NCBI GenBank assembly: GCA_002269645.1
Contig: NIVC01003655.1
Location: 1 to 64,000, forward strand
Reading direction: 5' to 3'
DNA: 64,000 bases
Source of the DNA: Macrostomum lignano
Lineage: Eukaryota
The notes below the pieces were generated by a model. It was not told where the DNA came from. It was given only the letters and a program-made list of their open reading frames with translations, and ran no database searches. Below are positions 38,186 through 50,900 of this stretch, piece after piece; positions within the stretch are counted from its first letter, which is position 1; every line of letters begins with the position of its first letter. The position numbers were made by a program, and so were the translations under genes.

Positions 38186-38854
38186 GATTTTAAAGATTTT
38201 GATTGAGATTTTTACTATTTAATACTAAATATGTATCATAATATTTTCAGATTAATTTAATTTATCAAACAAGTGTTCAGAACTTGCTTTGGGACCTTAC
38301 AACTTGCTTGATTGCTTGATTTATTCACACCATTACCGCAACCTTTTTGCACTGATTGCCAATTTGTTGTGCTTATCAGCTTTTTGGATATCTATATTTA
38401 ATTGTGTTAACAGGCACAGAGCATGCGGCTGCCATGTACAAAGTGTTTTATTTCTTTTTTACAAAAAAATGATTTCTTTCAGCAGCGCTTTCTGTTGTCA
38501 GTGATTTGACATTCATGTGTCCATTCGGCATTCAGACCTACTTTAATCTGCTATTATTATCCCACTAATTAGGGGATCTGTTCCCAGGTTAGGCTTATTG
38601 CACCTAGAAAATCTTCTTCCCGTTTTGATCCACAGCTTTTTCAATTCTACATACATTATTTAGTTATATCTATAAATCATTTCTTTTAAAGTTTTGAATA
38701 TACGTCACGTTTGGATACGAAAAACCGATTCTGCCTACTTGTAGTAGGCTAAAATGGTGCCTATAGTCTATATATTCCGATTTTTCATTACCATACAAGT
38801 CACAATTCGGCTGCAGTTTTTCTTTCTTTATTTTCCTTAACCCGATTTACAGAA

Positions 38855-41800
38855 CCTCCTCACCCCGGTTCCCAGACAATCGTTACTTCGGTTCCCAGAC
38901 ACTCCTCACCCCGGTTCCCAGACACTCCTCACCCCGGTTCCCAGACAATCGTTACTTCGGTTCCCAGACACTCCTCACCCCGGTTCCCAGACACTCCTCA
39001 CGCCGGTTCCCAGACACTCCTCACCCCGGTTCCCAGACACTCCTCACGCCGGTTCCCAGACACTCCTCACTTCGGTTCCCAGACACTCCTCACTTCGGTT
39101 CCCAGATACTCCTCATCCCGGTTCCCAGACACTCCTCATCCCGGTTCCCAGACACTCCTCATCCCGGTTCCCAGACACTCCTCATCCCGGTTCCCAGACA
39201 CTCCTCACTTCGGTTCCCAGACACTCCTCACTTCGGTTCCCAGACACTCCTCACCGGTTCCCAGACACTCCTCACCGGTTCCCAGACACTCCTCACCCCG
39301 GTTCCCAGACACTCCCCACCGGTTCCCAGACACTCCTCACCCGGGTTCCCAGACACTCCTCACCCCGGTTCCCAGACAATCGTTACTTCGGTTCCCAGAC
39401 ACTCCTCACCCCGGTTCCCAGACACTCCTCATCCCGGTTCCCAGACACTCCTCACCCCGGTTCCCAGACACTCCTCATCCCGGTTCCCAGACACTCCTCA
39501 CCCCGGTTCCCAGACAATCGTTACTTCGGTTCCCAGACACTCCTCACCCCGGTTCCCAGACACTCCTCACCCCGGTTCCCAGACACTCCTCGCCCCGGTT
39601 CCCAGACACTCCTCACCCCGGTTCCCAGACACTCCTCACCCCGGTTCCCAGACAATCGTTACTTCGGTTCCCAGACACTCCTCACCCCGGTTCCCAGACA
39701 CTCCTCACTTCGGTTCCCAGATACTCCTCACTTCGGTTCCCAGATACTCCTCACCCCGGTTCCCAGACAATCGTTACTTCGGTTCCCAGACACTCCTCAC
39801 CCCGGTTCCCAGACAATCGTTACTTCGGTTCCCAGACACTCCTCACCCCGGTTCCCAGACACTCCTCACCCCGGTTCCCAGACACTCCTCACTTCGGTTC
39901 CCAGATACTCCTCACCCCGGTTCCCAGACACTCCTCACCCCGGTTCCCAGACACTCCTCACTTCGGTTCCCAGATACTCCTCACCCCGGTTCCCAGACAC
40001 TCCTCACCCCGGTTCCCAGACACTCCTCACTTCGGTTCCCAGACACTCCTCACCCCGGTTCCCAGACACTCCTCACTTCGGTTCCCAGACACTCCTCACT
40101 TCGCTTCCCAGACACTCCTCACCTCGGTTCCCAGACACTCCTCACTTCGGTTCCCTGACACTCCTCACCCCGGTTCCCAGACACTCCTCACTTCGGTTCC
40201 CAGACACTCCTCACGCCGGTTCCCAGACACTCCTCACGCCGGTTCCCAGACACTCCTCACTTCGGTTCCCAGACACTCCTCACGCCGGTTCCCAGACACT
40301 CCTCACTTCGGTTCCCAGACACTCCTCACTTCGGTTCCCAGATACTCCTCATCCCGGTTCCCAGACACTCCTCATCCCGGTTCCCAGACACTCCTCATCC
40401 CGGTTCCCAGACACTCCTCATCCCGGTTCCCAGACACTCCCACCGGTTCCCAGACACTCCTCATCCCGGTTCCCAGACACTCCTCACCGGTTCCCAGACA
40501 CTCCTCATCTCGGTTCCCAGACACTCCTCATCCCGGTTCCCAGACACTCCTCATCCCAGTTCCCAGACACTCCTCATCTCGGTTCCCAGACACTCCTCAT
40601 CCCAGTTCCCAGACACTCCTCATCTCGGTTCCCAGACACTCCTCATCTCGGTTCCCAGACACTCCTCATCTCGGTTCCCAGACACTCCTCATCCCGGTTC
40701 CCAGACACTCCTCATCCCAGTTCCCAGACACTCCTCATCTCGGTTCCCAGACACTCCTCACCCCGGTTCCCAGACACTCCCCACCGGTTCCCAGACACTC
40801 CTCACCCCGGTTCCCAAACTCTCCTCACTTCGGTTCCCAGACACTCCTCACCCCGGTTCCCAGACAATCGTTACTTCGGTTCCCAGACACTCCTCACCCC
40901 GGTTCCCAGACACTCCTCACCCCGGTTCCCAGACACTCCTCACTTCGGTTCCCAGATACTCCTCACCCCGGTTCCCAGACACTCCTCACCCCGGTTCCCA
41001 GACACTCCTCACTTCGGTTCCCAGATACTCCTCACCCCGGTTCCCAGACACTCCTCACCCCGGTTCCCAGACACTCCTCACTTCGGTTCCCAGACACTCC
41101 TCACCCCGGTTCCCAGACACTCCTCACTTCGGTTCCCAGACACTCCTCACTTCGCTTCCCAGACACTCCTCACCTCGGTTCCCAGACACTCCTCACTTCG
41201 GTTCCCTGACACTCCTCACCCCGGTTCCCAGACACTCCTCACTTCGGTTCCCAGACACTCCTCACGCCGGTTCCCAGACACTCCTCACGCCGGTTCCCAG
41301 ACACTCCTCACTTCGGTTCCCAGACACTCCTCACGCCGGTTCCCAGACACTCCTCACTTCGGTTCCCAGACACTCCTCACTTCGGTTCCCAGATACTCCT
41401 CATCCCGGTTCCCAGACACTCCTCATCCCGGTTCCCAGACACTCCTCATCCCGGTTCCCAGACACTCCTCATCCCGGTTCCCAGACACTCCCCACCGGTT
41501 CCCAGACACTCCTCATCCCGGTTCCCAGACACTCCTCACCGGTTCCCAGACACTCCTCATCTCGGTTCCCAGACACTCCTCATCCCGGTTCCCAGACACT
41601 CCTCATCCCAGTTCCCAGACACTCCTCATCTCGGTTCCCAGACACTCCTCATCCCAGTTCCCAGACACTCCTCATCTCGGTTCCCAGACACTCCTCATCT
41701 CGGTTCCCAGACACTCCTCATCTCGGTTCCCAGACACTCCTCATCCCGGTTCCCAGACACTCCTCATCCCAGTTCCCAGACACTCCTCATCTCGGTTCCC

Positions 41801-42135
41801 AGACACTCCTCACCCCGGTTCCCAGACACTCCCCACCGGTTCCCAGACACTCCTCACCCCGGTTCCCAAACTCTCCTCACTTCGGTTCCCAGACACTCCT
41901 CATCTCGGTTCCCAGACACTTCTCACCCCGGTTCCCAGACACTTCTCACCCCGGTTCCCAGACACTCCCCACCGGTTCCCAGACACTCCTCACTTCGGTT
42001 CCCAGACACTCCTCACTTCGGTTCCCAGACACTCCTCATCTCGGTTCCCAGACACTTCTCACCCCGGTTCCCAGACACTCCTCACCCCGGTTCCCAGACA
42101 CTCCTCACTTCGGTTCCCAGACACTCACTCCGGTT
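38855..42135. repeat. 23-bp minisatellite array with a ~1.05-kb higher-order duplication
   Basis: Unit ggttcccagacactcctcacccc. Rare variants recur at an offset of ~1051-1052 (tcgcttcc at 40101/41152; ttcccaaact at 40811/41863). Confidence 0.95.
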
Positions 42136-42769
42136 GCCAGACAAGTGGTGCAATAAATCAATTTTCTTTATCAAATTCATGAAGCATCTTAGTGCGAGAG
42201 TGCGAAATGATGAAGAAGCCGTCTGTCTGCCTTGACGAAATTCTTTGTTGTTAGTTTCTCATCAAAGCAGGATGTGTGAAGTCTTGAAGCTGATAATTAT
42301 CTATCCGAGTTGTTGACGGGTCTCTGCAGGTGGTCTGCGCGGGTGTCATTAGTGAAATCAATCGGCACCTTTGAGGCGAAGATTTTCAATAACTGCAGAT
42401 AATTGCCAATCTGAGGCCTCTCCAGTGAGTTGGGGCTATCAATTACTGGTCAAGGAGACCGGCAAAATTAGTTTGCCACCTGTTCGTGCGGCCACCTGCA
42501 GTTGCTGTCAGTCACCTGTGTGCGACTATTGACAACAGGCGAATCACAGTATCAATTACTTGCTCTTCATTTTTTGCTTCATCGCTTTGTTCTCAAGGCA
42601 GAGCAGCTTCGTCACCCTTCGCTGTGACAGCTTTTAATTATCCATCTTCATTGCAATTTTAAACCAATTAGCACCTCCTCATCAGGAGCAGCTGGTTTTG
42701 TGTATAGACAATTACAGTTTGTCTTTTTATACTTTTTAATGAAAAATGTTTGGGCTTGTTCTGAACTGT

Positions 42770-43640
42770 GTTTGACACCTGAAGTGTGCTTGGCACCCTG
42801 TCCTGAAGTGTGCTTCACACCCTTTCCTGAAGTGTGTTTGACACCCTGTCCTGAAGTGTGTTTGACACCCTGTCCTGAAGTGTGCTTCACACCCTTTCCT
42901 GAAGTGTGTTTGACACCCTGTCCTGAAGTGTGTTTGACACCCTGTCCTGAAGTGTGCTTCACACCCTTTCCTGAAGTGTGCTTCACACCCTTTCCTGAAG
43001 TGTGTTTGACACCCTGTCCTGAAGTGTGTTTGACACCCTGTCCTGAAGTGTGCTTCACACCCTTTCCTGAAGTGTGCTTCACACCCTTTCCTGAAGTGTG
43101 TTTGACACCCTGTCCTGAAGTGTGCTTGGCACCCTTTCCTGAAGTGTGTTTGACACCCTGTCCTGAAGTGTGCTTGGCACCCTTTCCTGAAGTGTGTTTG
43201 ACACCCTGTCCTGAAGTGTGCTTCACAGCCTGTCCTGAAGTGTGCTTCACACCCTGTCCTGAAGTGTGCTTCACACCCTGTCCTGAGGTGTGCTTGACAC
43301 CCTGTCCTGAAGTGTGCTTCACACCCTGTCCTGAGGTGTGCTTGACACCCTGTCCTGAAGTGTGCTTCACAGCCTGTCCTGAAGTGTGCTTCACACCCTG
43401 TCCTGAAGTGTGCTTCACACCCTGTCCTGAAGTGTGCTTCACAGCCTGTCCTGAAGTGTGCTTCACAGCCTGTCCTGAAGTGTGCTTGACACCCTGTCCT
43501 GAAGTGTGCTTCACAGCCTGTCCTGAGGTGTGCTTGATACCCTTTCCTGAAGTGTGTTTGACACCCTGTCCTGAAGTGTGCTTCACACCCTGTCCTGAGG
43601 TGTGCTTGACACCCTTTCCTGAAGTGTGCTTGACACCTTA
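42770..43640. repeat. 24-bp minisatellite
   Basis: Unit cctgaagtgtgcttcacaccctgt. Confidence 0.95.
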
Positions 43641-44932
43641 TAAGTAAAGTGTGTAATTTCTTACTGAAAAAAGAAGCCACTTGAAGAGAGATTTTGTTAT
43701 TCGTCCCTAACTAGCAGTGCCTGCCGGCAGTTATAACAAAGGTCATCTCTCTTTGATGCAGTCGTCAATGCAGTCCGTGTGGGATGGAAATTTCAAAGAC
43801 ATGAAAAAGTGTCTCAAAGCAGCTCAAGGAGACAGATCGGATTAACGTTAATGACAAGCCGAGAATGAAAGATGAGAAATGGAACAGGAAAGGTTGGTTA
43901 CTCCCAGAGAATGTTCCCAGCAAACGGAAGCTTCTAGATTTCTCCCCTCGGATCTCGGCCTCTACCTATGAGCTGTGATTCGCCTTGCCTTAGGGGCGCT
44001 CTGAGCTGAGAACAAAAAGAAACCTACTGGCCAGGTAGATTCGGGGAGAAAATCTGGGCGGAGGCTGGGGATGAAAGCCTCAGAGAGCAGGGGGGCTGAT
44101 GCAGCAGTGCGCAGGCTGGGATATGAGCTGCAGTAGGAAGGAACTGCCTCATCTGGAAGGACGATGAGAATTCAAAGAAAGCAATAATCGGCGGCCTGGC
44201 ATTCTACCCTGCGTGGGATCTTTATAAATCGGGGCTAGTCCGTATGGGAAACAGGAAGCCGGGAAGACAGCTAGGGGGGGGGGGGGGCTGAAAGAGAATC
44301 TCAGTGTCCCCAATGTCAGTCTCTGTCCGCCCGTGCCCTCGGCAAGTCAAAGTCAATTATCAATCATCAATTGTCCCCCGGCGTCAGGGGACCGCGCGCC
44401 AGGCGAGCTCTTCCCCTGGGCTGTTAAAGAGTTTAGATGAAGAGAAATCAGGTGAAACACGAAACTGCCTCGTAATGGCTGAGGCTCATCAATATTGCTC
44501 CGAGCATTCGCCCTAAGTAAGTACTTAGTCCTTCATCGCGATGTCGTCGTCTTCGCGGCTCCCCCCAGCCTCCCTGCTCTTCTGCCCTTACCTCTATTCA
44601 ACCCAATGCCCATCCCTCACTAGGCACCAGTCCCATTGGCTGGGCTGTCGTCTCCCCTGTCTACAGGCAGAGCAAGCTGTCAGCCACCTCGTAGCTGCCG
44701 CTATGCCTCAGACTCGCCCTCACCCTCTCCTCTGCCCTCTATTCGAGCGCGCGGCAAGCGTCAGCCCCAGACCGCCTCAAAACATTGCGGATTACGCGAG
44801 AGGCAGAAGCTGCAGGTAACCAACCGGTCCGCACTTCCTTCCTATGCCGGGGCAAGGTTCTGCTTTAAGTCAACAGCCGACTAGACTGCCGTGAAGACGG
44901 TTAGCAGAGGGGGAAACAGTCAGGGCGACTGA

Positions 44933-47900
44933 ATGCCAAAAGTGCACGTCGTCGCGGCCGGAGAAGCAGCAGCAGATGGGATGTCAGCCCGCTGGACGTC
45001 AGGGGCTTCCACCTCTTCGGCGACGGCGCAAGAACTCCGGCAGCGGGGCGGGCGCGACTCGCCGCAGCTGACATTCAAATCTGTGAGCAGCAGCGGCTCC
45101 GAGGACTTCCGGCCCAGCAGCAGCCGCCTGCTCCGGCGGGCAGGCTCGCCCGAAGACGATGACGACGTCACCAGCGACAGTCTGGAGCACCAGCTCAGCC
45201 AGGTGACCACGGTCGCGGGATTTCCCTCGGCGAAGGTGAAAACAGTGGAGCATCCGGTGGAGAGCAACCTGCTGGGCCAGTACTGCTCCACCGCTTTCAA
45301 CGTGGCCGTGTCAGCAGTTCTGTCTCTGCCTGTGCTGCTGCTGCTGGGCCTTCTGGCTGCTCTGGTCTGTGGCATCCGGCGGTTGCTGCAGGTGAGGCTG
45401 GCAGTCCGGTGAATAGATTTGCAATCCATTGTGTTCCTTTATCCCGTGAATAGATTAGCAATCAATTGTGTTCCTTAATCCCGTGAATAGATTAGCAATC
45501 CATTGTGTTCCTTAATCCCGTGAATAGATTAGCAATCCATTGTGTTCCTTTATCCCGTGAATAGATTAGCAATCCATTGTGTTCCTTTATCCCGTGAATA
45601 GATTAGCAATCCATTATATTTCCTTATCCAGTGAATAGATTGGCAATCCGTTGTTTTCCTTAATCCAGTGAATAGATTAGCAATCCATTGTACTCCTTAA
45701 TCCGGAAAATAGATTAGCAATCCATTGTATTCCTTAATCCGGTGAGTAGATTAGCAATCCACTGTATTCCTTAATCCAGTGAGTAGATTAGCAATCCACT
45801 GTATTCCTTAATCCAGTGAATAGATTAGCAATCCACTGTATTCCTTAATCCAGTGAATAGATTAGCAATCCACTGTATTCCTTAATCCAGTGAGTAGATT
45901 AGCAATCCACTCTACTCCACCCCTGAACCACAGGCCGCCTACCTTGGCCGGACCTTCCTGAACCGCAACGAGCTCCTGTGGCTGCGCCGCTGTCCCGGCA
46001 CCCTCCCGGACCAACCGGCGGCCTGGAGCTCCTCGGCTGCAGCCTCTTCGTCATCTTCCGTCAGCAGCTCGCAGGCGCCGCCCTCGACTCGCTCGCCATC
46101 GGCATCTCCTGCCGCTGTTCTTGTCCGGCTCGAGCTGCAGCCGGCCGGTCTCAGCCTGTCCGAGTTGCGTCGGGCCTTCACCGAGCGGCTGCTGATGGCC
46201 GCGGACCCGGACACCGGGCGGCCCCGGTTTCCCCGGTTGTCGCAGCGCCCGGTTGCCACCGGCGTTGGGCTCGCCTGGGCGCCGCTGGACGGCCTGTTCC
46301 GGCCGGAGGAGCAATTCCGGGAAATCGAGCCGCCGCTGCGGACCGAGGAGGATCTCGAATATTTCCTCTCTAGCCAGGCAGGTCGCGGGTTCGAGCCCGA
46401 CAGGCCGCTCTGGGAAGTGCACCATCAGGCGGAGTTCCTTGGCAGCGGGCTGGTGGTGTACAGGCAGCACCCGTGCTTGGCTGACTGGCGAAGCACGCTG
46501 GACATGCTGGTCGGCACCCTGCTGGAGCCGGAAGCCGAGCCTGCTGCAGCAGAGTCGCCGGTTGCTAGGCGGAAGTCTCAGCAGCAGCCGCAGCCGCAGC
46601 GGGAGACCTTCGCCAACCGGCTATTCGGCAGGGACAGCCTGCGCAGCCTGCTGACCGTCCCGGGCGTGCTGCTGGGCAGCTTCCTGCTGAATGCCAGCGA
46701 CCACAACATGCTGCACTGCAGCGCCTCTCGCAGGCGGACGAAAAAACAGCAACAACAGCAACAACAGCAACAGCAGCAAGTACAAGAAGAACCGAATAAA
46801 AGAGCAAGGCGCCGAACGCTTTTACAGGTGAATATTTTTTCTCAAAATAATCTTCCTCAACGAATATTGATTGAATGAATAGTTTGTAGCATTCAGGATG
46901 CGTAACTATCATTAGAGGCGCACCTGCGGGGCCTGAGCAAGGCTAAGGGTTTTTTTAAATATGAGCCAAAGAGATCGCCAGCTGGGGCATCCGCCCTGAC
47001 AGTCTGGGGGCGTGGGCCTCAAATAACGGCTTCTAATTTATTTAAAATTGGAATTACTGAATGACTGTTGTTGAACTTCTATTAACTGCCAGCACTTCCG
47101 TGTTTACCACCCTGGCCTCCATGCACCTACCTGTTTCCTACTCTGCTCTTCTCCTTAAACGGTTTTTTTTCTCTTTTCTTTCGCACTCCCCGATACCCTC
47201 CTTGTCATCCTCCTTCCCGCTCCTCACCCTCCTTCCCGCTCCTCACCCTCCTTCCCGATCCTCACCCTCCTTCCCGATCCCACCATCCTTCCCGCTCCCC
47301 ACCCTCCTTCCCGCTCCGAACCCTCCTTCCTGCTCCTCACCTTCCTTCCCGATCCTCACCCTCCTTCCCGATCCTCACCCTCCTTCCCGATCCTCACCCT
47401 CCTTCCCGATCCTCACCCTCCTTCCCGATCCTCACCCTCCTTCCCGATCCTCACCCTCCTTCCCGATCCTCACCCTCCTTCCCGATCCTCACCCTCCTTC
47501 CCGATCCTCACCCTCCTTCCCGCTCCGAACCCTCCTTCCTGCTCCTCACCCTCCTTCCTGCTCCTCACCCTCCTTCCCGCTCATCACCATCCTTCCCGAT
47601 CCTCACCCTCCTTCCCGATCCTCACCCTCCTTCCCGATCCTCACCCTCCTTCCCGATCCTCACCCTCCTTCCTGCTCCTCACCCTCCTTCCCGATCCTCA
47701 CCCTCCTTCCCGATCCTCACCCTCCTTCCCAATCCTCACCCTCCTTCCCGATCCTCACCCTCCTTCCCGATCCTCACCCTCCTTCCCGCTTCTCACCCTC
47801 CTTCCCGCTCCGAACCCTCATTCCCGCTCCTCACCCTCCTTCCCGATCCTCACCCTCCTTCCCGATCCTCACCCTCCTTCCCGATCCTCACCCTCCTTCC

Positions 47901-50900
47901 CGATCCTCACCCTCCTTCCCGCTCCTCACCCTCCTTCCCGCTCATCACCCTCCTTCCCGATCCTCACCCTCCTTCCCGATCCTCACCCTCCTTCCCGATC
48001 CTCACCCTCCTTCCCGATCCTCACCCTCCTTCCCGATCCTCACCCTCCTTCCCGATCCTCACCCTCCTTCCCGATCCTCACCCTCCTTCCCGATCCTCAC
48101 CCTCCTTCCCTTCATGTACGACTCCCTGTATTCGCGCGCGATCCCATTAAGGACAAAGGAGTTGTTTCTGAAAGCTACAAGCTGCTGCAAGCTGACTAGC
48201 AAGCTGCTAGTCAATATCAAGAATCATGGAAATACGAGCCCCCCACTAGGATTGAGAGTACCCCTGGCACCCAGAATCACTTGGTTATCTCTCCCTAGCG
48301 TGCAGTCAAAGCCATTCTCCATTAGCTATGCCTAGCGGTACGGATTAACACTCACGCGGCGGATTACAATTTGTATCATGTTTTGTTTTAATCAATGAAG
48401 CCAGTGAAGCGAGTGTTGCATAAACACTTTTGGCTTGAGTAGGAATGCAATTTGAGCTCAGCATACTCAGCATATACATTCTCAACTGCAATTTCTCTGA
48501 TCTCGAGAGTAAACATGCTCAATATCTGCTGTGAGCAGTCTATAATCGCTACTGTGAGCTGTCTCTAATCCATAGTGTGAGCAGTCTCTAATCCATGATG
48601 TGAGCAATCTCTAATCCATGCTGTGAGCAGTCTCTAATCCATGCTGTGAGCAGTCTCTAATCCATGCTGTGAGCATTCTTTAATCCATAGTGTGAGCAGT
48701 CTCTAATCCATGCTGTGAGCAGTCTCTAATCGCTACTGTGAGCTGTCTCTAATCCATAGTGTGAGCAGTCTCTAATCTCTGCTGTGAGCAGTCTCTAATC
48801 CATGCTGTGAGCATTCTTTAATCCATGCTGTGAGCAGTCTCTAATCCATGCTGTGAGCAGTCCCTAATCCATGCTGTGAGCAGTCTCTAATCCATGCTGT
48901 GAGCAGTCTCTAATCCATAGTTCGAGCAGTCTCTAATCCATGCTGTGAGCAGTCTATAATCGCTAATGTGAGCTGTCTCTAATCCATAGTGTGAGCAGTC
49001 TCTAATCCATGCTGTGAGCAGTCTCTAATCCATAGTTTGAGCAGTCTCTAATCCATGCTGTGAGCAGTCTCTAATCCATAGTGTGAGCAGTCTCTAATCC
49101 ATAGTGTGAGCAGTCTCTAATCCATGCTGTGAGCAGTCTCTAATCCATAGTGTGAGCAGTCTCTAATCCATGCTGTGAGCAGTCTCTAATCGCTACTGTG
49201 AGCTGTCTCTAATCCATAGTGTGAGCAGTCTCTAATCTCTGCTGTGAGCAGTCTCTAATCCATGCTGTGAGCATTCTTTAATCCATAGTGTGAGCAGTCT
49301 CTAATCCATGCTGTGAGCAGTCTCTAATCCATAGTGTGAGCAGTCTCTAATCCATGCTGTGAGCAGTCTCTAATCGCTACTGTGAGCTGTCTCTAATCCA
49401 TAGTGTGAGCAGTCTCTAATCTCTGCTGTGAGCAGTCTCTAATCCATGCTGTGAGCATTCTTTAATCCATGCTGTGAGCAGTCTCTAGTCCATGCTGTGA
49501 GCAGTCTCTAATCCATGCTGTGAGCAGTCTCTAATCCATAGTGTGAGCAGTCTCTAATCCATAGTGTGAGCAGTCTCTAATCCATAGTGTGAGCAGTCCA
49601 TGACCTTGCCCGACCCGCAGGAGACGGTGCCTTTGTCGGGCCTGGAGCGAGTCAAGCAGATCACGAAGAACACCTATCACGAGCTTTTCCTCACCCTGCT
49701 GTCCGGAGCTCTCCGCTCCTATCAGCAGATCCGGGGCGTGGCCCGGCCGTTCGACTGTCGCGCAGTTTTCCCCATAGACATCGGCGGTCAGAGGCGCGCC
49801 CGCCGCGGCCTGGACAGCCTCTACGTGTTGGACAGCCTCGACCTGCCCGTGAGCGTCGAGGGCGTCATTCCGCGCCTCTGGCAGCTCCGACGGCGGCTTG
49901 AAAAGTTCAAAGCCAGCGGTCGCTGCCGGGCCATCGACCTGGTGAATCGAACCCTGGCCGGCTGCCTGCCCGCCTCTTTAGCTGGCCGGACAGTCCGCGT
50001 GACGGCCAGCCGATCCACCTGCCTGGCGGCCAGTCTGCCAGGGCCGGCGGCGCCGCTCCGGCTGGCCGGCGGGGGACCGCAACTGACCGGCGTGGCCTGC
50101 TGGCTGCCGCCGCCACCGCAGGCCGTCGGGCTGTCCGTGGCGTTTGTCACCTGGGCGGGACGCCTGTCCATCAGCCTGTGGGCGGCTGAGGACACAGTAC
50201 AGCACGCGGACTTCATAATGAAGTGCCTGGTGGGAGAGGTGAGTGCGTCAGCTCTCGAGCGCGTGTTTAAGTGTTTAAATTTCGACCTGAGCATTAAAGT
50301 CCTTCCGGATCTCGATAAACATTTTCTGGAAAGAAATATACTGTGGAGATATAAGTAGTTACTTTTTCAAACAGAGCTATAGAATTTAGTTTGACAGGAG
50401 GCAGGGAAGTGGTATAAATATTGATATTTAGTGATTTTCATATCACTACATCGATCTGTAGCTTTTTCAGCTAGTAAGCTCGTGGTTAGTTTGCAGTGCC
50501 GCAAATCGTCAAGGTGACAGTGGGACCGGCATTGGGCGAGGAGGCAAGCTGCCATGCCCATCCTGCTGACCCCTGCGCGCGCACATCACACGGATACGCA
50601 TACAGCGGCCTCTGACAATTTTGGATCGTCAGGCGTCAGTCATTTTGGCCGCGATTGGCCGAAGTCGCAAAACATGACCCGGAGGCTGATTCCGCGCCAG
50701 GTTCTTTTTAGTTTCTTTTCCCGGCGAGGCTTTTTGCTTCAGGCCCCGCCCTGTGAGCGTAAATAGAGCAGCTCGACCTGAGCACAAGCACAGCTCAAAC
50801 GCTGCCACGCCTTGAGCTTTCTCAGCTAATAGTTTCCGATGCCCCGGCTATTTGCCGGTTGGGAGGGTCTCAATCAGGAACTAGGGGATTTGGGAACTGT

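Noticed and set aside
42150-42640. Possible coding exon between arrays
   Set aside because: All frames I translated contain stops within ~50 codons and no motif was recognised.
50520-50710. Extra WS/DGAT exon (MPILLTPAR...LIPRQ)
   Set aside because: It has no family similarity, and exon 3 already joins exon 4 in frame (GE|LQQL). It cannot be excluded as an alternative exon.
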